A DNA stretch of 56,629 nt from Bacilli bacterium (GCA_017625395.1 JAGALD010000006.1:1-56629); one strand, 5' to 3'. Shown: positions 39,663 through 47,583, numbered from the stretch's first letter. Translations and numbers: made by a program. Notes: generated by a model from the sequence alone, not told the origin.

Positions 39663-40820
39663 ATGATTTTAAATTATATTATAATAATTTTATTAAATTT
39701 ATATATATTATTTAATAAAAAACAAAGAAAAAAAGAAAAACTAATTAAACTTATCAATTTTACAAATATAAATGTAATTACAATAAATTTATTATATTAT
39801 TTAATAGCTTTTATCTACAAATTAAACATTAACTATATTGATTTATCATTTTTAATAATAAACATAATATCATATATACCAATAGCATTATTAAAAAAGA
39901 AAAATAAAAGAAAAGAAGTTATTAACGAAGAAGAAAAAACTATTAATTATATGTTCAAATTATCCATACTTTCATACATATTAATACAAAGAGTAGGGGA
40001 CATAGAAAAACTAAATATTGCAATATATATATATTCACTAATAATAGTCTTTATAGCAATATTAATCTCTAAAATAATTAAATTTTTAATAAATAATAAA
40101 CATATAGTAGTATTTAAAGAAAATGAAGAAAAAGATTATTTAAATGATATAAAATTTAATACTAAAATAATAATTAATAAATTTTACAATTATATAATAT
40201 ACATACTAGCATATATATTATTTATATATATAAAATTTCCATATTATTACATAATATATCCAACAATATTAATAATTTCTCTATATATTATCTACAAAAA
40301 AATTAAAAAAATTAAAAATCAATCTAAAAAACTATATCATAATATTTCGATAATAAAAGAAAAACCTGGAATTAATTATGCATTTCAATTTAATAGAGAT
40401 ATTCTTTTTACAAAAAATATTATGTTAGCCAGCATATTTTTTGTAATAACAGTATTAATTTATTTCTTAATAGATATTACAGCATTTACTTACATAGCAA
40501 TAGAATTATATATAATATTAATATATATTATATTGTGTGATAAAAAAAAGAATATATACAACGTATATTCCTTAAATTCAGAATTTATAGATAAAAAAAG
40601 ATATAAAACATCAATTAATATTCCAATATCTAAAATAAAACAAATAAACATATTCAATATAAAATTTTATAAAATAGAATGTATAACAGACAACAATATT
40701 AAATATGAATCTGAAATAATATTATATGATCCAGAACTTTATATAGATAATATAACAATATATCTAAATACAAATAATATAGATGATTATATAATAATGA
40801 CTAATGAACTATATATGTAA
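39663..40820 (+). CDS. polytopic membrane protein of extreme Ile/Lys/Asn/Tyr composition (385 aa)
   Basis: AGGTG RBS and a long intact ORF in nearly pure A/T sequence, with several hydrophobic segments. It is the last + strand gene before the dif-like site. Confidence 0.5.
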   Translation: MILNYIIIILLNLYILFNKKQRKKEKLIKLINFTNINVITINLLYYLIAFIYKLNINYIDLSFLIINIISYIPIALLKKKNKRKEVINEEEKTINYMFKLSILSYILIQRVGDIEKLNIAIYIYSLIIVFIAILISKIIKFLINNKHIVVFKENEEKDYLNDIKFNTKIIINKFYNYIIYILAYILFIYIKFPYYYIIYPTILIISLYIIYKKIKKIKNQSKKLYHNISIIKEKPGINYAFQFNRDILFTKNIMLASIFFVITVLIYFLIDITAFTYIAIELYIILIYIILCDKKKNIYNVYSLNSEFIDKKRYKTSINIPISKIKQINIFNIKFYKIECITDNNIKYESEIILYDPELYIDNITIYLNTNNIDDYIIMTNELYM

Positions 40821-40848
40821 TTATATAGTTTTTTTATTATTATACAGA

Positions 40849-40876
40849 AGGCAACATAACTTTAATTATAGGAAGT
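40849..40876 (-). other. dif-like XerC/XerD site (left junction of the element)
   Basis: The - strand reads ACTTCCTATAA-TTAAAG-TTATGTTGCCT. B. subtilis dif is ACTTCCTAGAA-TATATA-TTATGTAAACT. That gives 10/11 in the XerC arm and 8/11 in the XerD arm. The site lies 1 nt from the rep stop codon. Confidence 0.65.
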
Positions 40877-40877
40877 A

Positions 40878-41462
40878 TTAAATATTTTTTTTAGAGACAA
40901 GTTCTTGTCTAGTTTTAAATCTTCTAGAATCAATATAAGATTTTAAAAATAATGTATGGTCTTTAGCAACGTTCCACATAATAAATAATTCATTGTCATT
41001 AAGTATATCTAATAAGTCGGAATATTCTAAAATCGAATTATCAATAATAAATTGTTGAATATCTCTTAAAGTTTTAGAAACTTCGGTATAACTTAATGAA
41101 TCAACTTTTGAAACATCGAAACCATTATAAAATGTACGGAATCTATCATCATATTGAAATTTCTCGGGATTATCTAGATGTAAATGATATCTATACATAC
41201 CAACCATAGATTCGAGTTTAATAGGAATAGTACCATTAAGTAGAGTAGTAACGTTTTCCTTTACATTTTTAAATGTAGTAGTATTCTCATAATAGCATAT
41301 TACATGGTAGTGGGGTTTTTTACTCTCCCCTGTCGGATTTACATCTTTATCATGTAATGGACTAAATGCCATTGGTAAACCCGTATTAATGATAATTTCT
41401 TCGTAATCACTTGGAAGTGAATCCGGATAAACTACAAATGCCCAATTTCTACCTTTTTGCAT
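40878..41462 (-). CDS. rep: rolling-circle replication initiator, pMV158 RepB / Rep_2 family (HUH endonuclease)
   Basis: NWAFVVYPDSLPSDYEEII..TGLPMAFSPLHDKD...KKPHYHVICYY (HUH) and MYRYHLHLDN (catalytic Tyr context) are collinear with pMV158 RepB (YPES.PSDW...ISPLHDKD...KAHYHVL...MYLYLTH). AAGGAGG RBS. Confidence 0.85.
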   Translation of the reverse strand: MQKGRNWAFVVYPDSLPSDYEEIIINTGLPMAFSPLHDKDVNPTGESKKPHYHVICYYENTTTFKNVKENVTTLLNGTIPIKLESMVGMYRYHLHLDNPEKFQYDDRFRTFYNGFDVSKVDSLSYTEVSKTLRDIQQFIIDNSILEYSDLLDILNDNELFIMWNVAKDHTLFLKSYIDSRRFKTRQELVSKKNI

Positions 41463-41493
41463 AAAAAACCTCCTTTGTCACACATCACTCTAT

Positions 41494-41516
41494 GGGGGGT
41501 GTCGTAGTAACCCCCC
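41494..41516 (-). other. double-strand origin (dso) hairpin with pMV158-family nick sequence
   Basis: The - strand reads GGGGGG-TTACTACGACA-CCCCCC. The loop contains TACTACGAC, the RepB nick sequence of pMV158 (TACTACG/AC). It lies 32 nt upstream of the rep start. Confidence 0.75.
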
Positions 41517-41544
41517 TTTTTTTTTGTTCTCATTGGCGAACCAC

Positions 41545-41573
41545 CTAGCAAAAAAAAGACTTTTTTTTGCTAG
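41545..41573. other. 13-bp-stem palindromic hairpin (CTAGCAAAAAAAA-gac-TTTTTTTTGCTAG)
   Basis: Perfect inverted repeat seen directly in the sequence. It lies between the zot terminator and the dso. Function unknown. Confidence 0.5.
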
Positions 41574-41658
41574 CTAAACAATTATATTTAAATATATTTA
41601 TCAATTACGAAAAGTGCATAATGCAGTAGCTTATAACTTTTCTTCATTGACAAATAAA

Positions 41659-41691
41659 GGCTTTATGCGTGCAAAGGCACGCATAAATGCC
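41659..41691 (-). terminator. terminator of the structural/assembly operon
   Basis: TTATGCGTGC-cttt-GCACGCATAA (- strand) immediately after the zot stop, followed by a T-rich stretch. Confidence 0.65.
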
Positions 41692-42491
41692 TAATATCGC
41701 ATTTTTTTGAGATATTCTCTTTCCTCATTAGTTGGAAAGAAACTATGTAAAATATCGGCTTTTGTAAGTTCTAAAGAACTATACATAATTGATTTATAAG
41801 GTTTTGAATCACTTTGAAGATACCTCAAATATTTAGAATCATACATTGAACCTACTTTTTTAATTCTAAAAAAGAATCTAAAATAATCAACATCAAGTAG
41901 ATCTTCGTTGACAACATTATTTTCTAAATTTGCTGACATTTCCCAACTACATCTAATATTTACCCAAGCAATACCTAAAAATTTTCTAAATGACTGTATG
42001 TTCCAATATTCCTCGGCAAGAACAAGGATTCTTTTAATTATTCTTGATTGTGATTGACTAGATACATATATATCGTGGTCAAAATGTCTATGAGCTTGGC
42101 AATAATGAGCTATTGAATCAGGAAAATCTTTATATTCCATAGAATCATATTTAGCTTGTACTTCGTCAATATAAAAACTAGAACCTTGAGGAAATTTATT
42201 ATCAAGTGTTAAATCGAAGATTCTACACCTTAAAGACATTATAAAATCACTTTCTACAATTTCACCATTTTCATCATAATAATAATATTTTTTACCTTTT
42301 TTAGGTTTTTTAAATAAAACAGGAAAATCGGTATATTGTAAAACTTCATATATATATTTTTTTCTCAAAATTTTTTCAGTAAACCAAACTTTTAATGGTG
42401 GATTATATTTTTTAAATTCTTTTCTAGCAACATTAACCATAGTCAATGTTTTACCTTTTCCAGGTTTACCTGTTAATATTATTAAAGACAA
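41691..42491 (-). CDS. Zot/pI-family inovirus assembly ATPase
   Basis: Walker A LTGKPGKGKT, Walker B FYIDEVQ, Zot-family QAHRHFDHDIYVSSQSQSRI. TTG start overlaps the upstream gene by 10 nt. Confidence 0.8.
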   Translation of the reverse strand: MSLIILTGKPGKGKTLTMVNVARKEFKKYNPPLKVWFTEKILRKKYIYEVLQYTDFPVLFKKPKKGKKYYYYDENGEIVESDFIMSLRCRIFDLTLDNKFPQGSSFYIDEVQAKYDSMEYKDFPDSIAHYCQAHRHFDHDIYVSSQSQSRIIKRILVLAEEYWNIQSFRKFLGIAWVNIRCSWEMSANLENNVVNEDLLDVDYFRFFFRIKKVGSMYDSKYLRYLQSDSKPYKSIMYSSLELTKADILHSFFPTNEEREYLKKMRY

Positions 42492-42847
42492 TATTCATCA
42501 TCTTCATCATCTTCATTATATTCATCGTGAGAAGTAAAATATTTTTTTATATCTTTTATAGGAAAATAATTTTTTTTCAAATCAAGAATTGAAATATAAT
42601 CTCTTTTTAATTCTTTTTTAGAAATATAATCATTGTTGAGTAAACAACAATTAATAACTAAATCAAATAATTCATAATTTTTTTCATAATATAAATATGA
42701 AATAGCACCACAATCAAAACAAGTAAAAACTATTTCTTGTCTAGTAGCACAATTAAAAATAAAATTATGAGTATGTTTTTTATTTTTACAAATACAATTT
42801 TCATTTAGGACTTTATTTAATTCGTCCATTTCTTTAAAATCAAACAT
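42482..42847 (-). CDS. phage hypothetical Cys-rich protein with acidic tail (121 aa)
   Basis: CICKNKKH...C...CFDCG pattern suggests zinc binding. C-terminal NEDDEDDEY. Confidence 0.55.
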   Translation of the reverse strand: MFDFKEMDELNKVLNENCICKNKKHTHNFIFNCATRQEIVFTCFDCGAISYLYYEKNYELFDLVINCCLLNNDYISKKELKRDYISILDLKKNYFPIKDIKKYFTSHDEYNEDDEDDEYCL

Positions 42848-42864
42848 AAAATAATCCCTCCAAA

Positions 42865-43080
42865 TTAAATTTTAAATTTTCCAATTTCCATATTTTTTTT
42901 AATAAAATATGGATTTTCTTGATATCTATTAAGTACCGTTATATAGCATTTTTTTAATTCTTTATAATCTAAATAATCAACTATTTTCAATAAATCGTGA
43001 TTATGTGTAATAATTAATAATTCTTTTAATTTATTAGATAAAATTAACTTTTTCTTATTTTCAGTCAATTCATAAATCAT
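42865..43080 (-). CDS. phage hypothetical protein (71 aa)
   Basis: AGGGGAA RBS directly after the preceding stop. Soluble and Lys-rich. Confidence 0.5.
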   Translation of the reverse strand: MIYELTENKKKLILSNKLKELLIITHNHDLLKIVDYLDYKELKKCYITVLNRYQENPYFIKKNMEIGKFKI

Positions 43081-43089
43081 ATTATTCCC

Positions 43090-43257
43090 CTACTCTAAAT
43101 TGTCATAATTACCGAAAAATTGTTCTAAAGTTTTTTCGACATCTTTTGATATTGTATTAGCTTTCTTTTTTAATACTAAAAGAAAATATAATTTCTTTAT
43201 AATAAATAAAATTGAATAACATATTAAAAAATAGAGAGCAAATAACCAAAAATCCAT
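43090..43257 (-). CDS. phage small membrane protein (55 aa; not in ORF track)
   Basis: Hand-translated as MDFWLFALYFLICYSILFIIKKLYFLLVLKKKANTISKDVEKTLEQFFGNYDNLE. GAGGTGGTAGT-ATG junction with the upstream ORF. Confidence 0.55.
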   Translation of the reverse strand: MDFWLFALYFLICYSILFIIKKLYFLLVLKKKANTISKDVEKTLEQFFGNYDNLE

Positions 43258-43258
43258 A

Positions 43259-43399
43259 CTACCACCTCATATTCTTTATAATTGTAATAAACTTTAAAAT
43301 TATCATTAAAAAACAATAAATAAATAACAAGATATAAATATTATGCAAACAACCAATAAAAGTTTCATTTTCTACAAACCAATATACATACTGTTCCAT
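43259..43399 (-). CDS. phage small membrane protein (46 aa; not in ORF track)
   Basis: MEQYVYWFVENETFIGCLHNIYILLFIYCFLMIILKFITIIKNMRW. Its start is 2 nt after the upstream stop, with GGGGGAAG as RBS. Confidence 0.5.
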   Translation of the reverse strand: MEQYVYWFVENETFIGCLHNIYILLFIYCFLMIILKFITIIKNMRW

Positions 43400-43401
43400 T
43401 T

Positions 43402-43560
43402 TTATTTCTTCCCCCTATTCAAAAATACAAATACAATTTTAACCAATACTAATATTATTAAAATTTTTAATATAGAAACTGTACCAAATAAAGTAACTGA
43501 ATCTAAAAATACTATAAAATTATAAAATTGTTCGAGAAAGAAATATAATAAATCAAGCAT
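43402..43560 (-). CDS. phage small membrane protein (52 aa; not in ORF track)
   Basis: MLDLLYFFLEQFYNFIVFLDSVTLFGTVSILKILIILVLVKIVFVFLNRGKK, a hydrophobic core with a basic tail. GAGGTGGTAAT-ATG junction. Confidence 0.55.
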   Translation of the reverse strand: MLDLLYFFLEQFYNFIVFLDSVTLFGTVSILKILIILVLVKIVFVFLNRGKK

Positions 43561-43561
43561 A

Positions 43562-43720
43562 TTACCACCTCAAACCTTTTATAAATGACCTTATAACATC
43601 AATAAATAGCTTAAACAAGCTTATAAAGATATACATTACAAATAGTACTCCAAAAGCTTTTAAAAAGTGAAATTCGGCAGGTAAACCACCTAATAACATT
43701 TCAACTAATTCCCACAACAT
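43562..43720 (-). CDS. phage small membrane protein (52 aa; not in ORF track)
   Basis: MLWELVEMLLGGLPAEFHFLKAFGVLFVMYIFISLFKLFIDVIRSFIKGLRW. It starts 4 nt after the stop of the 70-aa ORF. Confidence 0.5.
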   Translation of the reverse strand: MLWELVEMLLGGLPAEFHFLKAFGVLFVMYIFISLFKLFIDVIRSFIKGLRW

Positions 43721-43724
43721 AAAA

Positions 43725-43937
43725 TCAACCCTTTCTAAAAATTTTGTAAGTAAAAATGACTAAATATAAGCTAATAAAGATATAACAACATTGATATAAT
43801 GGACTAGGTAAAATCTTTATAATAGATAAAAATAAATTTACAAGACTAGTTATAATTTGAATACAGCCATAAATACCGTCAATAATAGTACCTAAAATTG
43901 AAACTATAAAATCAAAAACTTGTGTCAAAGCATCCAC
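43725..43937 (-). CDS. phage hydrophobic minor-coat-like protein (70 aa, pVI-like by position)
   Basis: Two or three hydrophobic helices. It directly follows the pIII-like gene. Confidence 0.55.
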   Translation of the reverse strand: MDALTQVFDFIVSILGTIIDGIYGCIQIITSLVNLFLSIIKILPSPLYQCCYIFISLYLVIFTYKIFRKG

Positions 43938-43941
43938 TATA

Positions 43942-45678
43942 TCACTTCCCTATCAATTTAAATAAAATATAGCTCATTGTTAATATAAACAATACAAATA
44001 TAATAGTTCTAATAAACTCCGGAGCTAAATCATAGCAATTTTGTAAAACTAGTGAAAATTGATTAATATCACTAGATAAAGAATCAATAAAATCTTTTAT
44101 TATAGTTAAATAATTATCTACATCATAAGAATCATCAATATTAGTCTGTTGATAAATAATAAAATCATTTTCTAAAATAGTATTAGAATCCTCATAATAA
44201 GTAAATTTATTATCAAGTTTATAATTATTATTAAAGGAAACCATTGTATTTTCATCAACTAATACATAAGCAGTATCAGAAGAAGTAGAAGATTCTAATA
44301 AAAATGTAGAATTAGGCATTACATCAGTATATTTATAAAATTTCAAAGGCTTAGAATCAATTGGGTAAAAATATACATAATCCCATTTCTGCATATTCTC
44401 TTTTCTATAAATTGTAGAAGTAATAGTATCATTAATAGAACCATAATAAGCATTATTAGGTGTAGATTTATAAGATACCATTAAAGCATTATTGGAATTT
44501 AAATTATAAAAATCTAAAAAATTATCATATCTACGATTAAAAGAATCATTAGGGTAAATATAACCATAATTAGCACTAGAAGAAAAATTAAAAACTTTTA
44601 AAGAATTAAGCATATGAAGATTTACATAAATATTATCATAATTTGATAAATCACTTCGACAAGTGGTAAATTCAAAATATTTTTTCTGAAATTGAATAAA
44701 ATCTTTTTGAAGACCAAAATCTTCATAATAAGGTTCATCACTTGTGATCTGATAAGAACAATCTAATTTATCATAAGTATAATAAGTACCATGATTGATT
44801 CTACCAAAAATGTTAACATCATAATTATAATCTAATAAATCCCCTATTCTACCTAACGAAAATTCAGCAACATAATCATCGATATTTTCTTTAGGAATAT
44901 TTGATAAAAATAAACCATTATATGTAGGAATAAAAGAATTATTAACAAAAGTTGGTCCTGTATCAGGTATATTAATATAAACCTCTAAAGGCTCTATATA
45001 TTGATTAAAATCAATAGTAGAATTATTATATTTTAAAGATCTATAATATGCAGTATCAGAAGTACTACGAAGATAATATAATAAAGAATTTTCAAAACTT
45101 GAATAATATGGAACAAAATAGTTCATATTAGATGACAAAGATATATTTTCCTCAAAAGAAGTCAAAGGAAAGTAAAAATTAAAATTATTCCAAGAATTAG
45201 TAGTTGAACCATTTTTTAAAATATTATCGAGAGCAGTTAATCTATTATTCCATTGATTTTCATACGAAGTTGTACCAACATCAAAAGATAAATAAACTCT
45301 ACCACCCATTAAAAAATTAGAAATTTGAAATCTAGAGCCTTTTAATCCCTCAAATGAAACTTGTATTGGATTAGTACCATTATGAAAAATAATTACAATT
45401 TGTTGATTTTGAGTACCACTATTATCAATAGACTTATATAAAATAGTATAGTTATAATTATTTGGATTATTATTTTCAATATAATCTTTAAAATATTCAA
45501 GATAATATTTTATACTTTTATTATCATAAAAAATATTAGATTCATCATTTATATAAGATTTAACCTCTTTTATATCAATATCAAAATATAAATTTTCTTG
45601 AACTAAAGCATAAGCATTTTCCATTAAAAAGAAAGTAGAAAATAAAATTAAAATTGTAAATAATATTTTTTTTATCAT
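43942..45678 (-). CDS. phage pIII-like adsorption/minor coat protein (578 aa)
   Basis: Signal peptide MIKKILFTILILFSTFFLMENAYA, an Asn/Tyr/Ser-rich body, and a C-terminal membrane anchor IIFVLFILTMSYILFKLIGK. It is the only large ORF in the element. Confidence 0.6.
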   Translation of the reverse strand: MIKKILFTILILFSTFFLMENAYALVQENLYFDIDIKEVKSYINDESNIFYDNKSIKYYLEYFKDYIENNNPNNYNYTILYKSIDNSGTQNQQIVIIFHNGTNPIQVSFEGLKGSRFQISNFLMGGRVYLSFDVGTTSYENQWNNRLTALDNILKNGSTTNSWNNFNFYFPLTSFEENISLSSNMNYFVPYYSSFENSLLYYLRSTSDTAYYRSLKYNNSTIDFNQYIEPLEVYINIPDTGPTFVNNSFIPTYNGLFLSNIPKENIDDYVAEFSLGRIGDLLDYNYDVNIFGRINHGTYYTYDKLDCSYQITSDEPYYEDFGLQKDFIQFQKKYFEFTTCRSDLSNYDNIYVNLHMLNSLKVFNFSSSANYGYIYPNDSFNRRYDNFLDFYNLNSNNALMVSYKSTPNNAYYGSINDTITSTIYRKENMQKWDYVYFYPIDSKPLKFYKYTDVMPNSTFLLESSTSSDTAYVLVDENTMVSFNNNYKLDNKFTYYEDSNTILENDFIIYQQTNIDDSYDVDNYLTIIKDFIDSLSSDINQFSLVLQNCYDLAPEFIRTIIFVLFILTMSYILFKLIGK

Positions 45679-46001
45679 GATTTAATTCTCCTTTTATTCT
45701 TTTTATCAGATGAGCGATCGATTTGAGTATCAATATTAGAATTATTAAACTTTAAAAAAGAAATATCAATAAAATCAAAAACTATTAAAGTAATGCTAAC
45801 AAATAAACTAAAACCAATTATTACTAAAATAAACCAATTATTTAACAACATATTACAAAACATAACAAAATAATCTAAAAACATTAAAACTACACTTTTT
45901 AATAAATTTAAAAAATCAGTAAATGTAAATCCCTCAATATTTAACAAATTAAAAAAAGAGCAAAAATCTACATTTAAAAAACTTGTAAAAGTATCAAACA
46001 T
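45675..46001 (-). CDS. phage membrane protein (108 aa)
   Basis: Two or three TM segments and a basic tail DKKNKRRIKS. Overlaps the next gene by 4 nt. Confidence 0.55.
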   Translation of the reverse strand: MFDTFTSFLNVDFCSFFNLLNIEGFTFTDFLNLLKSVVLMFLDYFVMFCNMLLNNWFILVIIGFSLFVSITLIVFDFIDISFLKFNNSNIDTQIDRSSDKKNKRRIKS

Positions 46002-46017
46002 AAATTTTCACCCCCAT

Positions 46018-46206
46018 TTATTTTTTGTGTGTAGCCCAAGAAAAAATTGAACCAACTAAAAATACTAAAAATGCTAAAAACAACCCTAATAAAATTATTT
46101 GCCCCAAAATAGTACCAAGTAAAAATTCTGAGACAAAAGCCCCTAATTGTTCAAATAAAAAATCAAACATTAAACCCATATTACCCAAAAAATCCGTTAA
46201 TGTCAT
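46018..46206 (-). CDS. phage small hydrophobic coat-like protein (62 aa)
   Basis: MTLTDFLGNMG... followed by a long hydrophobic helix ending in ...WATHKK. Confidence 0.55.
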   Translation of the reverse strand: MTLTDFLGNMGLMFDFLFEQLGAFVSEFLLGTILGQIILLGLFLAFLVFLVGSIFSWATHKK

Positions 46207-46253
46207 ATTTTAACCCCTTTCAATAAAGAAAAATAAGAGCTAAATAGCTCCTA

Positions 46254-46469
46254 TTATTTTCTTCTTCCACGTTTACGGAAAGATGCCTTACCAACAAGAC
46301 CTACAACAAGTTTGTAGATAAGTAAAGCAATTCCTAAACCAAACATCAAAGCAATCATAGGATTAGCTATTAAGTTTGATGATACAGTTGTAAACCACTC
46401 TAAGAAACTAGTTAAAATTGTTCCAACAGATTCGATTAGAGCAGTTAATCCAGTAGCAGTACCTTCCAT
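46254..46469 (-). CDS. candidate major coat protein (71 aa)
   Basis: Amphipathic N-terminus, a hydrophobic helix (MIALMFGLGIALLIYKLVVGLVG) and a strongly basic C-terminus KASFRKRGRRK, matching inovirus pVIII architecture. AAGGGGG RBS. Confidence 0.6.
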   Translation of the reverse strand: MEGTATGLTALIESVGTILTSFLEWFTTVSSNLIANPMIALMFGLGIALLIYKLVVGLVGKASFRKRGRRK

Positions 46470-46485
46470 TTATTTAACCCCCTTT

Positions 46486-46704
46486 TTACAATTTTCTATT
46501 TAAAAAACGAATAATTTTTTTTATTAAACGTTTTTTAAGCGTATTTGTTCTTTTTTGTTCAAAATATAAATCGTCAATAACAAGAACAACTTCATGATTA
46601 TAAGAATTTTTATAACCAACAAAATAATCAACGTAATATGTCTTGATAATTTTATAATAATAAGTCTTATTATTTGGATTAAACCAAATTATTAATCTTT
46701 TCAT
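46486..46704 (-). CDS. phage hypothetical protein (72 aa, Tyr/Lys-rich)
   Basis: Its ATG shares one nt with the upstream stop (TAATG). Soluble and basic. It could be a DNA-binding (gV-like) function by position only. Confidence 0.5.
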   Translation of the reverse strand: MKRLIIWFNPNNKTYYYKIIKTYYVDYFVGYKNSYNHEVVLVIDDLYFEQKRTNTLKKRLIKKIIRFLNRKL

Positions 46705-46877
46705 TATTTTTTAGAAAGATTATAAGACATTATTAATATTTTGGCTTTATCAGATTTAACAGTTTGTTCTATTGTTGAACCGTCTGCAAGGTTAAATACT
46801 AAAGAATAATATTCTCTTACTTCACCTGTATCTTTGGCATTAAAAGTCTTTTTAACTAACTTACAATTTAAATCCAT
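46704..46877 (-). CDS. phage hypothetical protein (57 aa; not in ORF track), first gene of the operon
   Basis: AAGGAGGG RBS then MDLNCKLVKKTFNAKDTGEVREYYSLVFNLADGSTIEQTVKSDKAKILIMSYNLSKK. Confidence 0.55.
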   Translation of the reverse strand: MDLNCKLVKKTFNAKDTGEVREYYSLVFNLADGSTIEQTVKSDKAKILIMSYNLSKK

Positions 46878-47200
46878 AAGTCGACCCTCCTTTTATAAAT
46901 AATTATATTAATTTTAGTAGCGAGGTGCTGTCTTTTGTGGTAGTTTTTGTAATAACAGATAAAATCACAAACATTATATTATTAAATTTCAATTTCAAAA
47001 TAAACAGCACACATGAAAAAATTAAACACATAACTCAGGGGAATTTTGTGTCTAGAACATAGCCTCTAAGGGTAGCTATGTTATGATTACAAAATATAAT
47101 CATAAATAGAGTATAACGTGTAATCACTTTGTTGTCAATACGAATACATACAAAATGACATCAGAATAATATAATATTGATTAGAAAGTGAGGGGAATTT

Positions 47201-47365
47201 ATGATCAATAACATAATACCAACAACAATAAGAATAGAAGAACAAACAAAAACAGCTATAGAAGATATAGCAAAAATAGAACAAAGAAGTTTTAATAAAA
47301 TGGTAGAATATATTCTACAAAAATATATTATAGAATATATGGAAAAGCAAAATAAAAAAGACTAG
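47201..47365 (+). CDS. ribbon-helix-helix (CopG/Arc-type) DNA-binding protein (54 aa; not in ORF track)
   Basis: GAGGGG RBS. MINNIIPTTIRIEEQTKTAIEDIAKIEQRSFNKMVEYILQKYI fits a beta-strand/helix/helix RHH pattern. It is divergent from the phage operon. Confidence 0.6.
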   Translation: MINNIIPTTIRIEEQTKTAIEDIAKIEQRSFNKMVEYILQKYIIEYMEKQNKKD

Positions 47366-47394
47366 AAATACGGTCTTTTTTTTAACCCTCCGTC

Positions 47395-47568
47395 GTTCCC
47401 TTTTAAGGGAACCGCAAAAAACACCCCTACGGGGGTTTTTTGCGTTTGTTCCTCCCCCTTTTTTTATTCTAAAAAAACCGGGTTTGCCCTTTTTCTAAGG
47501 GCAGTCGCACCCCGGAACAAGAACCCATTCGAGAAAAAAAAACTAGCTCACTTATGAAATCGCTAGTT
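47395..47568. other. GC-enriched cluster of four stable hairpins (candidate single-strand origin / packaging signal)
   Basis: Hairpins at 47395..47412 (GTTCCCTT/AAGGGAAC) and 47413..47444 (CGCAAAAAAC.CCCC-tac-GGGGGTTTTTTGCG). A nested pair CCGGG..TGCCCTT-loop-AAGGGCA..CCCGG at 47478..47515, and AACTAGC-14 nt-GCTAGTT at 47541..47568. Confidence 0.5.
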
Positions 47569-47583
47569 TAAATTTAATATTTT

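Noticed and set aside
40878-41690. Integrated small RCR plasmid rather than a phage
   Set aside because: The Rep and origin are plasmid-like, but they are contiguous with a Zot ATPase and a full set of coat-like genes within the same dif-bounded unit. No mob or relaxase, or resistance cargo, is present.
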